Shown piece by piece: positions 1 to 8,742 of a stretch of DNA of 64,000 bases (position 1 is its first letter; each line of letters opens with the position of its first letter). The stretch lies in NCBI GenBank assembly GCA_965197585.1, contig OZ240215.1, positions 1,248,001-1,312,000 of the forward strand, given 5' to 3'. Below the pieces are notes generated by a model. The model was given only the letters and a program-made list of their open reading frames with translations. It made no database searches and was not told the origin of the DNA. A program made the translations under genes and the position numbers. This stretch comes from Dehalococcoidia bacterium. Lineage in GTDB: Bacteria; Chloroflexota; Dehalococcoidia; Plut-88900.

Positions 1-49
1 AACCCACCCCCGAACCCTCCTAACCCACCGCGCCTCCCTCTCCAACCTC

Positions 50-153
50 GTCATTCCGGCCGCCGAGGCGTGAATCCATCCTTGGGGAGGGGCCGCTCAT
101 CCTGAGCTTGCTGTAAGTCCGCTGAGGCGGATCGAAGGGTCGAGCGGGGGTGG
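50..153. repeat. Composite REP-like intergenic repeat (copy A)
   Basis: CGCCGAGGCGTGAATCCATCC (61-81) is identical at 47906-47926. GAAGGGTCGAGCGGGGGTGG (134-153) is identical at 47958-47977. Confidence 0.75.
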
Positions 154-219
154 TCCACACATTGCCGATCCGTCGCGTCCGCCCCTCCCCCACTCCAACC
201 CCCTTAACCCTGTCATTCC

Positions 220-1275
220 TGTAAGTGTTAGGTAATTCGTTGACAGATTGGTATAAGAGGCCAACACCAATCTGGAGGCGAGAATGCGAGACAATAGCAA
301 GGACCTCACCCTTGAGCGGAACTACATTCAGAAGTGGCGGTTCCTCATCCATGAGTATCAACTGGTCAAGGCAGGGAAGCATCCCCGTTTCCGCTTCGCC
401 CAGGACTTCTACTCCTTCCACGGCACTAGCCGTCAGACCTTCGCCAAGTACTACAACCGGTTCCTCCTCTCCCCCTCCGACAACGCCTTCCTCCCCCGTA
501 AGCGGGGCCCCGGGTGGAAGTCCCGCCGCACCCTGCCCTACATCGAGCAGAAGGTCATCAACGAGCGCCTTAACGGTACCAACCGTTACGAGATCTATGC
601 CATACTCAAACCCATCCTTAAACACAACACCCCTAAGCCCTCCACCATCTACGCCATCACCAGACGCCACGGTTTCAATAGGCTCACAAAGCCGATGCAG
701 CAGTCGAAGCGCAAGATCATCAAGACCCGGGCAGGAGAGCTGGGCCACCTGGACAGCCACTACCTCAGCCGGGATACCATCGTGGGCACCAAGCACCGCT
801 ACTACCTGGTGGGCCTCATCGACGCCTACACCCGTCTGGCCTGGGCCGAAGTGGTCGGAGACATCAAGAGTCTCTCCGTTATGTTTGCTACTCTGAAGTC
901 CATCAATTTCCTTAACGTGGAGTACGGCATCCAATTCGAGGCCATCCTCACCGACAACGGCCCCGAGATGGCCTCCCCAAGGAACACCGAGGGCCACCCC
1001 ATGGAACGGATGCTCAATGAGCTGGGCATAAAGCACCGCTACACCCGACCCTATAGGCCCCAGACCAACGGGAAGATAGAGCGGTTCTGGAGAACCTTGA
1101 ACGAGGACCTGCTGGAGGGGACAACCTTCGAATCGGTCTCGGAACTGAAGGACGAGCTTCAGCAGTACCTGATCTACTACAATACTCAACGACCCCACCA
1201 GGCAATGGACGGAAAGACCCCTTTGGAGACCCTTAAATCCACCTAATTCTGTCAACGAATTACCTGACATCCACA
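220..1275 (+). mobile_element. IS481-family insertion sequence
   Basis: Ends TGT...ACA. 28-bp imperfect terminal IRs: TGTAAGTGTTAGGTAATTCGTTGACAGA (220-247) vs revcomp of 1248-1275, TGTGGATGTCAGGTAATTCGTTGACAGA. ATTCC is duplicated at 215-219 and 1276-1280. Single rve-type transposase. Confidence 0.9.
284..1246 (+). CDS. IS481-family DDE transposase (integrase core domain)
   Basis: GELGHLD, ILTDNGPE and RPYRPQTNGKIERFWRTL motifs; C-terminal YNTQRPHQA. Confidence 0.92.
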   Translation: MRDNSKDLTLERNYIQKWRFLIHEYQLVKAGKHPRFRFAQDFYSFHGTSRQTFAKYYNRFLLSPSDNAFLPRKRGPGWKSRRTLPYIEQKVINERLNGTNRYEIYAILKPILKHNTPKPSTIYAITRRHGFNRLTKPMQQSKRKIIKTRAGELGHLDSHYLSRDTIVGTKHRYYLVGLIDAYTRLAWAEVVGDIKSLSVMFATLKSINFLNVEYGIQFEAILTDNGPEMASPRNTEGHPMERMLNELGIKHRYTRPYRPQTNGKIERFWRTLNEDLLEGTTFESVSELKDELQQYLIYYNTQRPHQAMDGKTPLETLKST

Positions 1276-1353
1276 ATTCCGATGCCCCGCGAGGAATCTA
1301 GGACTTGTCCTCTCACGCCCTTCCTAGTCTTCCTTCCCCTCCCCCCTGGTAAC

Positions 1354-1394
1354 GACATATCAGCAATGTTGCAAGGCAACATTGCTGATATGTC
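1354..1394. repeat. Perfect 19-bp inverted repeat with 3-nt loop
   Basis: GACATATCAGCAATGTTGC-AAG-GCAACATTGCTGATATGTC. Confidence 0.9.
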
Positions 1395-1473
1395 AATAAA
1401 ACAGGGCGGGTGGGCGGGACTCAATATATCCCTGAGGGTGGGAGGGGCCTCTCCCAAATGTGACACGAACCCA

Positions 1474-1503
1474 TTGACCAAAGCAAAACACTTGTACTAT
1501 ATT
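1474..1503 (+). promoter_or_regulatory. Sigma70-like promoter with overlapping LexA-like box
   Basis: TTGACC-N18-TATATT with AAAC-ACTT-GTAC (1486-1497). The same layout occurs at 38499-38527. Confidence 0.5.
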
Positions 1504-1509
1504 CACCCT

Positions 1510-2170
1510 CGACTGGCCCGTCACTCACCTAAACCCAAGGAGGAACCACAACACAGGGGGAATCCCAGCCCCGGCCCCCGAGGACTCAACGTCCCAGCCC
1601 ATCCCAAAGGGCGACCCACACGCTGCCCCACGGCTCAAGCGAAAGCCGCCATCTCCTCATCCAAAGGCCCCGGCTCACCCTTCCCCCACCAACCAGGCGA
1701 TGGAAGGTCCGTAGACTATACGCGGCAAGCCCTGTCCAGGGGCCCCTGCCGATACAACGCTCCCCTCATCAGGAGCGTATACCTCGCCCTCACAGGCGAA
1801 TACGCTGACCCCGCCAATGGCCGGGCTCAGATACAGGGCCATTGAGCCCATAACCGACTCCCCCGCCGACGCCTTCGGAGAGGCACGCGCACCCCTCGGC
1901 GGCTCCGAGTCCCGCTCCCATCCCTCTGCATGATCGAGCACTTCTGGTGGTCGGGATGCCCCACACCGAGAATCCCTCGGGTCCCCTCCACATCCTCTCA
2001 GAAGCTACGGGCTGTCCTGTGCGGGCAGTCGACGCCCACAGGCACTGGCACAGGCCTAACCGCCTCCCTGCCCAACACTCTCGGACCTTCCATCGCCTTC
2101 CCTCCCCACATCAAACAAAAATCCAGAGTCCCAACTCCCAATCGAAGATCCGCCGCAGGAGGACTGAATA
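1510..2170 (+). ncRNA. Candidate large structured RNA / repeated non-coding cassette, copy 1
   Basis: Conserved blocks shared with 38535-39190; perfect 17-bp stem 1695-1711/2082-2098; no convincing CDS. Confidence 0.55.
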
Positions 2171-2188
2171 ACCGACGGCCTTCCGCTC

Positions 2189-2227
2189 CCCTGTCATTCC
2201 GAGGCTCCGCGAGGAATCAAGGACTTG
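2189..2227. repeat. REP-like palindrome (GTCATTCC...GGAATC type)
   Basis: CCCTGTCATTCCGAGGCTCCGCGAGGAATC; related copies at 48030-48060 and, split by the IS, at 208-219 + 1281-1307. Confidence 0.75.
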
Positions 2228-2261
2228 CCCACCCACATCCTTCATAGCCTTCCCCCACCCC

Positions 2262-3329
2262 CTATCCCGGGAAATGCGGCATCACCTCCCTCGCGAACAA
2301 CCGCATCGAGCTCCGAGTCTTCCGTGCGTCCATCCCCCCAATCTGCATCCACGCCAATATGTGCGTGGCCCCGCGCGCCTGGTCCTCTTCCACCGCACGG
2401 CACACGTCATCGGGCGTCCCGACCATGAACGGTTTGCCCAGGAAATGCACCTTCCCCGACTCTGCAAGGTCGGGTAGGTCCTCCGCACTCGGCAGCGGCA
2501 GCATCCCGAACATCTCCCCCGACATAGAATCAAATATGCCCGCCTCCGTATACTTGGGCAGATAGCCGCGCATCTGCGCCAGGGCATGAGGGGCGTAGTC
2601 CCTCCACGCCTGCTCCTTCGTCTCCCCGACATAGCAGTTCCGTATAACATTCCTGAAATACTGTCCCGGGTCCCTGCCGTACTTTCTCAACGCCCGCTCG
2701 TACGGCCCGAGCATATTCGCATCCCGGGGCCCGGTCAGGTGGCAGCCGTACCTCGCCGCCCGATCTATTGCCGGCGGTATCTCATCCCCCACCGGCCTCT
2801 TCTCCGCCGCAACCCATATAGGCGGGTGAGGCTTCTGCACGGGGCGGGGCAGCATCGTCACGCCATCGAAGTGAAAGTGGCGGCCCTTGAAAGTGAAGTT
2901 CTCTTCCGTGAACAACCCAATAATCGACTGCAAGCCCTCCTCCATCCTCCGTCCCCGCTCACTCCTCGGCACGTCCAGCGTATCGAATTCCGTCTTCTCG
3001 TACCCGACCCCCAGGCCCAGGTCGAACCGCCCATTGGACAGCACGTCCACCATCGCCGCGTTCTCCGCAATGATCAGCGGATGGTGCAAAGGCAAGATGC
3101 TGATGTTCGTCCCGATCCTTATCCGACTGGTCCTTGCGGCCATCGCTGCGCAGAGGATGAAGGGGTTGGGTGGGTACTGGGCGTCGAAGTGGTGCTCGGC
3201 GGTCCACACCTGGTCGAAACCCAGGTCCTCTGCCAGCTCGGTGAGCTCCAATACTTGCTGGTAGTTCTCAGTGTCGGGAGTGCGGAACTCGGCCGGGTTC
3301 TCTGCGAAAAAGAACAGTCCAAACTTCAT
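2262..3329 (-). CDS. LLM-class flavin-dependent oxidoreductase (luciferase-like)
   Basis: MKFGLF start, AEDLGFDQVWTAEHHF, GRFDLGLGVGY, PRPVQKPHPPIW. Confidence 0.92.
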   Translation of the reverse strand: MKFGLFFFAENPAEFRTPDTENYQQVLELTELAEDLGFDQVWTAEHHFDAQYPPNPFILCAAMAARTSRIRIGTNISILPLHHPLIIAENAAMVDVLSNGRFDLGLGVGYEKTEFDTLDVPRSERGRRMEEGLQSIIGLFTEENFTFKGRHFHFDGVTMLPRPVQKPHPPIWVAAEKRPVGDEIPPAIDRAARYGCHLTGPRDANMLGPYERALRKYGRDPGQYFRNVIRNCYVGETKEQAWRDYAPHALAQMRGYLPKYTEAGIFDSMSGEMFGMLPLPSAEDLPDLAESGKVHFLGKPFMVGTPDDVCRAVEEDQARGATHILAWMQIGGMDARKTRSSMRLFAREVMPHFPG

Positions 3330-3398
3330 ACTAGGTCCTCCGTCCCGAGATCGATTCAGGCCTGCTTAAGCCTGCTCTCCGAAGAATAGCAGACAACC

Positions 3399-4637
3399 TC
3401 ATCTCACCCTCCGGATCCCGGACTGTGTCACCACCGTAAGGAGCACCACCCCCAAGAAAGCTATGCTGCTATATGTCACCGCCCTCTGCACTCCAATCCA
3501 CTCCGCTAAGCCACCCATGTACAGCATGCCCAACGGCAATGATCCAATCGCCATTGCCACCGCCCCCATCGACCGACCCCTCATCTCCGGCGACGAAACT
3601 GTCGTCGCTATGGTGGTCTGCATCGTCGTGAACCCCGACTGCCCTAGCCCGGCAAATAGCAAAGGCAGAAGAGCCAGCCAGTAGATCGGGGCAAAGCTGA
3701 ACAACAGTACCCCCACACCTAATATCAACGATCCTATTATGAAAATCTCTCCCCTGTATCTCATACTCCCCAACGCCGCAATGACCACCGCCCCAATCAT
3801 AGAGCCCATGCCATCCATCCCGCTCATGAATCCCAACCCCGTCCCCCCGACCCCGTAGACGTCCCGCGCGAAAACGGGATGCAGTTGTATGTGAGGAAAC
3901 ACCAGCGTGTTGGCCGCCAGGGTGATTATCAATAACCCCCTCATGGCCCCATTGCGCCACACATACTTCAACCCAAGGACAATGCCTTTCACCATGGGCT
4001 CTCGATTGGTGTCCTCTTGCCTCGGCGAGGGCACCGGGACCCTGATTACGAACAGCAGTCCCAGCAGCACCGATACCGCGATGAAGAAGTAGGCCTCCCC
4101 CGGTCCCGCTACGTCCAGCATCCACCCCGCCACCCACCTCCCCACCATCGCCGAACCCATCCACGAGGCCACATTTATCGCCATGGCATTCACCACGACT
4201 TTTTCGGGGACAACATCTCGGATTATCGAATGCCTGACCGGGTAATCGATAGCCCAGGCAATGCCGATCAAAAACGCACCCAGGTACATCTGCCACAGGT
4301 TCAGCAAGTCCAGGAACAGCGTGACTCCCATCCCCGCCGATAGCACGAAGTTCAGGAACTGCGCCCCCATCAGCATCCGCTTGCGTGGCCACCTGTCTGC
4401 TTGGGCCCCAGCTACGAAGCCCAGCGTCCCCATCGGCAGCAACCGAAACGCCCCGACCAGCGCCACCAGGAACGGCGAGTCCGTACGTTCCAGCACCACC
4501 CACCCAAGAATGATGTAGTCCATCCAGAACGGCAGATGCCAGAGCTGGCTGACAAACCACAGCTTCCTCCAATCCCGGTGCTCCAGCGATCTGAGAGCTC
4601 GGGAGCGGGTTAACCAGCCGGACCGGTTCTGCTGCAC
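3399..4637 (-). CDS. MFS transporter (EntS/DHA3-like)
   Basis: About 12 hydrophobic segments; GAQADRWPRK motif A; EMRGRSMG. Confidence 0.88.
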   Translation of the reverse strand: MQQNRSGWLTRSRALRSLEHRDWRKLWFVSQLWHLPFWMDYIILGWVVLERTDSPFLVALVGAFRLLPMGTLGFVAGAQADRWPRKRMLMGAQFLNFVLSAGMGVTLFLDLLNLWQMYLGAFLIGIAWAIDYPVRHSIIRDVVPEKVVVNAMAINVASWMGSAMVGRWVAGWMLDVAGPGEAYFFIAVSVLLGLLFVIRVPVPSPRQEDTNREPMVKGIVLGLKYVWRNGAMRGLLIITLAANTLVFPHIQLHPVFARDVYGVGGTGLGFMSGMDGMGSMIGAVVIAALGSMRYRGEIFIIGSLILGVGVLLFSFAPIYWLALLPLLFAGLGQSGFTTMQTTIATTVSSPEMRGRSMGAVAMAIGSLPLGMLYMGGLAEWIGVQRAVTYSSIAFLGVVLLTVVTQSGIRRVR

Positions 4638-4807
4638 GCTGCTTCTGCCTCGGCGCGAGAGTATCTGTGGCTAAGATTGCGCATGAGACGGGTAGGTCTC
4701 ATAAGAAAGGGCGGTTGCCGTATTCTATAGGAAGCCCCTGCCCTATCCAAATCACGCAGGGTTTGACCCTTCACCCGACTACACCTATCATCTGAGAGCC
4801 CCGCCCC

Positions 4808-6301
4808 TTGCCCTCCTACCCGCTTATGGACTGGCGACAACACTACCGAGAAAACCTGGTCACCTCTGACGAAGCTGTCTCTACCATCGCCTCCGGCGAC
4901 GGAGTGACGGTTTCCGTCAACCCCCATCCTAACCTTCTCTTGGACGCCCTCGCCGCCCGTCGAGATGAGTTGCGAGGCGTGAAGCTCCACCTTCTGGGGC
5001 CTCACTACGACCCTGGCTGGCTCCAACCCGGCTGGGAGGACTCCTTCCCAATCACCATCATGTTCTATCTCGGTGACGTCGCCCGACCCGCCCACGACCA
5101 GCGTTACGTCGACTTCCAGCCCATGCTCCTCTCCACCGCCATGAAACCCTTCGACGAGGATGCCCGCCAGCCCCATGCCGTCGACTACCTGCTCATCGTC
5201 GTCTCCCCACCCGACGATAACGGCTTCTGCAGCTTCGGCGCCGAGCTTTGGGACAAACGCAGCGTCGCCAAGTACGCAACCCACGTCTTCGCCGAGGTCG
5301 ACGAAAACCAGGTCAGGACCTACGGCTCCAACTACATCCACGTTTCGGAAATCGACCGATTCGTTGAGCATACGCCTCCTGCCCTATCCATCGAAGCAGG
5401 ACAGAAGCTCCTGGATATCCTCCCCGAGGGCGAGCTCAGATCAGAGCTCGAGAGAATCTCACCGCTTATGTCTGAAGTACAGAGACAGGAGGCCATCCCC
5501 ACTCTGATGCGCGCCAACATCTCCCAGGTTCGCGGCTGGGCCCGCTGGGCAGGTTGGGTCCCTCCTCCTGAGCCAATACTCAAGATTGCCGAATACGTCC
5601 ACGGCCTCGTCCACGACGGAGATTCCGTTCAGATCGGCGTCGGCACTCCAGGCGTCTACCTTCCGGGCCTGGGCGTATTCGACGACAAGAAAGACCTCGG
5701 CTGGCACGCCGAGATGTCGGCGCCCGGCATCCTCTCTCTCGTCGAAAGGGGCATCGTCAACGGCAGCCGAAAGACCATTCACCAGGGCAAAACCGTCTTT
5801 TCCGGCCTGATGGGCAGCACCCCCGCCGAGGTAGAGTTCGCCAACCAGAACCCCCTCGTGGAGCTCTGGGACGCCGACCACATCCTCGACATGCGAAACA
5901 TCGCTTCCAACCCCAACCACGTCGCCATCAACAACGCCATTTCCATTGACCTGACCGGCCAGATCAACTCCGAGACCCTGTTCGGTGGCAGGCTCTACAA
6001 CGGCACCGGCGGCCAGCCCGAGCTCCACATCGGGGCTGTCCTTTCCGAAGGGGGCCGAGCCATCACCCTCCTAACCTCCACGGCTCTAGGAGGCGCAGTG
6101 TCCAAGATCGTCGCCCAGCACGAAGAAGGCGCCGCTATTACCATTCCTCGCACCTTTGCCGACTACGTGGTCACCGAGTACGGGGTCGCCCGGCTCCTCG
6201 GCAAGTCGCAACGAGAGCGTGCCCGGGAACTCATCAGCATAGCCCACCCCGACTTTCGCCCCGAGTTGGAGAGGGCCGCCCATCAGTTGTATTATCCCTA
6301 A
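4808..6301 (+). CDS. Acetyl-CoA hydrolase / 4-hydroxybutyrate CoA-transferase family protein
   Basis: VQIGVG, GWHAEM (catalytic Glu), NNAISIDLTGQ, GTGGQ, YVVTEYGVARLLGK, IAHPDFR. Confidence 0.9.
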   Translation: MPSYPLMDWRQHYRENLVTSDEAVSTIASGDGVTVSVNPHPNLLLDALAARRDELRGVKLHLLGPHYDPGWLQPGWEDSFPITIMFYLGDVARPAHDQRYVDFQPMLLSTAMKPFDEDARQPHAVDYLLIVVSPPDDNGFCSFGAELWDKRSVAKYATHVFAEVDENQVRTYGSNYIHVSEIDRFVEHTPPALSIEAGQKLLDILPEGELRSELERISPLMSEVQRQEAIPTLMRANISQVRGWARWAGWVPPPEPILKIAEYVHGLVHDGDSVQIGVGTPGVYLPGLGVFDDKKDLGWHAEMSAPGILSLVERGIVNGSRKTIHQGKTVFSGLMGSTPAEVEFANQNPLVELWDADHILDMRNIASNPNHVAINNAISIDLTGQINSETLFGGRLYNGTGGQPELHIGAVLSEGGRAITLLTSTALGGAVSKIVAQHEEGAAITIPRTFADYVVTEYGVARLLGKSQRERARELISIAHPDFRPELERAAHQLYYP

Positions 6302-6316
6302 CGAGGTGAACCATCC

Positions 6317-7372
6317 ATGAAATTCGGCATCTTCTACCAGATCCCCTGTCTAGCCGGCCAGAACGCTCCCGACAGATACCGCGAAGTCCTCTATCAGATC
6401 GAACTCGCCGAAGACCTCGGCTTCGACTCCGTCTGGCTGGGAGAACTCCACTTCGATGCCGCCCTCGGCATCATGCCCAACATTAACATCATGGCCGCCT
6501 CAATAGCCCAGCGTACATCCCGGATGCGCATCGGCCTCGGCGTCAGCATCATCCCCATGCACGACCCCCTTCTCAACGCCGAGGAAGCGGCTATGGTCGA
6601 TAACCTGAGCGATGGCCGGCTGGAATTCGGCGTGGGCCGCGGCGTTCTCACCTTCTACGACCCATTCCACATCAACCCCCAGGCAAGCCGCGAGCGTTAC
6701 GCCGAGGCCCTGGACATCATCGTCGGGGCCTGGACACAGGACGGGTTCTCCTACGAAGGTAAGCATTTCCAGGTGCGCGAAGCTTCCCTGGTCCCCAAGC
6801 CCGTACAGCAGCCCCACCCACCCCTCACCGTCGCCGCCAGCGGCAGCCAGGGCGTTTTCGATATCGCGGCCAAGCGAGGCATGGGTGTGATGGCTGGACT
6901 CTTTCTCACTCCCATGGAAACCCTCAAGGATCGTGCCGCAACCTATCGCCAGGTCGAGTCCGACGCCGGCCTCCCTCCCAAGCCCGATTTCATGAAAATC
7001 CTTCAACCCACCTTCGTCTCGGAGACGACCGCAGACGCTCAGGAAGCCACCAGGGCCAGTGTCGACCAATACTTCGACGCCTTGAAAATCAACCTGGACT
7101 CCCCTGCAGGTGACAGGATCATAGAAGCCGTCCCCGAGTACAGCCACTTCAAAGAGGCCCGTGACGAGCATTCTCATGAGCAAATCGTCAAAAAGGGCAC
7201 GGACCTCTACCTCACCCCCGACAAGACCACCGAAAGGCTCAACTGGTTCAAGTCCGAGCTACCCGTCGGCGAGATGCTTCACTGGTTCGAAATGGGCGGC
7301 CTCGTCCCCCACGAAAAGATCGTCGACTCCATGAAGCTATTCGCCAAGGAAGTCATCCCCAACTTCCGTTAA
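6317..7372 (+). CDS. LLM-class flavin-dependent oxidoreductase
   Basis: MKFGIF, AEDLGFDSVWLGELHF, GRLEFGVGRG, PKPVQQPHPP; RBS GAGGTG. Confidence 0.92.
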   Translation: MKFGIFYQIPCLAGQNAPDRYREVLYQIELAEDLGFDSVWLGELHFDAALGIMPNINIMAASIAQRTSRMRIGLGVSIIPMHDPLLNAEEAAMVDNLSDGRLEFGVGRGVLTFYDPFHINPQASRERYAEALDIIVGAWTQDGFSYEGKHFQVREASLVPKPVQQPHPPLTVAASGSQGVFDIAAKRGMGVMAGLFLTPMETLKDRAATYRQVESDAGLPPKPDFMKILQPTFVSETTADAQEATRASVDQYFDALKINLDSPAGDRIIEAVPEYSHFKEARDEHSHEQIVKKGTDLYLTPDKTTERLNWFKSELPVGEMLHWFEMGGLVPHEKIVDSMKLFAKEVIPNFR

Positions 7373-7384
7373 ATGGAAAGCACC

Positions 7385-7457
7385 TACCCGCTCGCCTTGT
7401 CGCAGATCCGCCGAGCGGAAGCCTGCTGAAAGTGCGCCTCTGGGGAATCGAAGGGTT
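7385..7457. repeat. Degenerate REP-like repeat
   Basis: GATCCGCCGAGCGGA and GCTGAAAGTGCGCCTCTGGGGAATCGAAGGGT resemble modules at 110-140 and 47883-47904. Confidence 0.45.
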
Positions 7458-7497
7458 TATCGAACGAGTGTCAGCACCTAACGTCCAAAGGCGGTGA

Positions 7498-8724
7498 TTG
7501 ACCATCCTTCAAGACGCCGATAACTTCAAGGGCCGGTGGATCGTAGTCGGCACCCTCACCTCGGGTGTGGCTATGGCCCTGACCTCCATATTCGTCATCG
7601 GCCTGCTCCTCCCGGACATGAGCGAGGACCTGGGCCTTTCACCAATCCAGAAGGGTTGGCTTGGCGCCTCCGTGGTCTTCGGCAACCTCTTCCTCGCCAT
7701 TCCCCTAAACCTCTGGCTCTCCCGTTACAGGCCCTGGCGCGTAGCGTTCATAACATTCCTGGGAATCGGCGGCTTCACACTCCTCCAGGCCTTCTCCCCG
7801 AATTTCGGCATACTGATTATTGGGCGCGTTGGGCTGGGGCTCAGCTTCATCGCCAATCAGTCCCCAAGGGCGCTGATAATCCAGCAGTGGTCCCCTCCCG
7901 GCAAAGTGCACGTCACCACGGGCGTCGTCTTCGCCGCCATCGACATCATCATGGGCGTCATTTTCTTCCTGACTCCCGTGCTCAACAGCGCCCTCGGCGG
8001 CTGGCGACCGGTTCTCATGGTCATGGGTGGGATAGGGTTAACGACCGCCGTGGCCTGGACCATGCTCGGAAGAGAAAGAGAGATTGGCGAATACCGAACG
8101 CGGCTGGAGTCTCAGCAGGAAAACCCCTTGCTCTCGGTCCTTAGATACAAGCAATTGTGGTTGATGGGTTTGGGCATGTGCGCTGTCTCCGTCGGCGGCT
8201 CCGCTTTCGAACACTTCTGGCCCACCCATGCAGAGGAAGGCCTGTTGGTCTCCAATAATGTCCCCGGAGCGGTTTTTGGCCTCAGCCTGTTCGGCGCTGG
8301 CGCCGCGGTCTACCTCTTCATCGTCATACCCTTCTTCTCCAGGTTCCGCACCACTGCCCTTGCCCTCTCCGGGTTCTCCACCGCCGCCGTCAACGCCGGA
8401 CTCCTGTTCTTCACCTCTCCAATCTTCCTCATCCTCCTATCCATCCCCAGGGGCGTGGCCAACCTCTACTTCCCTCTGCTGATGATCATGGTCTACCAGC
8501 TTCCCGGCATCCGCCCGCGAGAAGTCGCCGTGGGCATCGCGTTCATGCAGACCTCAATCTGGTTGGGTAATGCAATTGGGCCGCTTATCGTGGGTTACGT
8601 ACAGGACGCCACAGACGACCTCCGCCTCGCCCTCCTCTGCATCGCCTTTACGGGCACCCTTCTAATGCCCGTCGCGCTCGCCCTACACGGCCTCCGAAAC
8701 CCCACTCAAGAAGCTACGGCCTGA
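7498..8724 (+). CDS. MFS transporter
   Basis: About 12 TM segments; IIGRVGLG, GGWRPV, IGPLIVGYVQD. Confidence 0.82.
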   Translation: MTILQDADNFKGRWIVVGTLTSGVAMALTSIFVIGLLLPDMSEDLGLSPIQKGWLGASVVFGNLFLAIPLNLWLSRYRPWRVAFITFLGIGGFTLLQAFSPNFGILIIGRVGLGLSFIANQSPRALIIQQWSPPGKVHVTTGVVFAAIDIIMGVIFFLTPVLNSALGGWRPVLMVMGGIGLTTAVAWTMLGREREIGEYRTRLESQQENPLLSVLRYKQLWLMGLGMCAVSVGGSAFEHFWPTHAEEGLLVSNNVPGAVFGLSLFGAGAAVYLFIVIPFFSRFRTTALALSGFSTAAVNAGLLFFTSPIFLILLSIPRGVANLYFPLLMIMVYQLPGIRPREVAVGIAFMQTSIWLGNAIGPLIVGYVQDATDDLRLALLCIAFTGTLLMPVALALHGLRNPTQEATA

Positions 8725-8742
8725 CTAGTTCGAGCCTTTATG

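Noticed and set aside
20-1276. 418-aa minus-strand ORF
   Set aside because: Antisense shadow of the IS481 transposase; no recognisable motifs.
1282-1845. ORF sharing the peptide RGLN..AQAKAAISS with the ORF at 38516-38743
   Set aside because: The similarity follows from nucleotide conservation. There is no shared start after the AAGGAGG, many changes are non-synonymous, and the frames diverge at the stem. A non-canonically initiated peptide cannot be fully excluded.
1510-2170. tmRNA, RNase P, group I/II intron or hammerhead identity for the cassette
   Set aside because: No tRNA-like ends, no GAGGAAAGTCC, no group II domain V and no group I S motif. The minus-strand CTGATGAG near 1765-1772 lacks a downstream GAAA.
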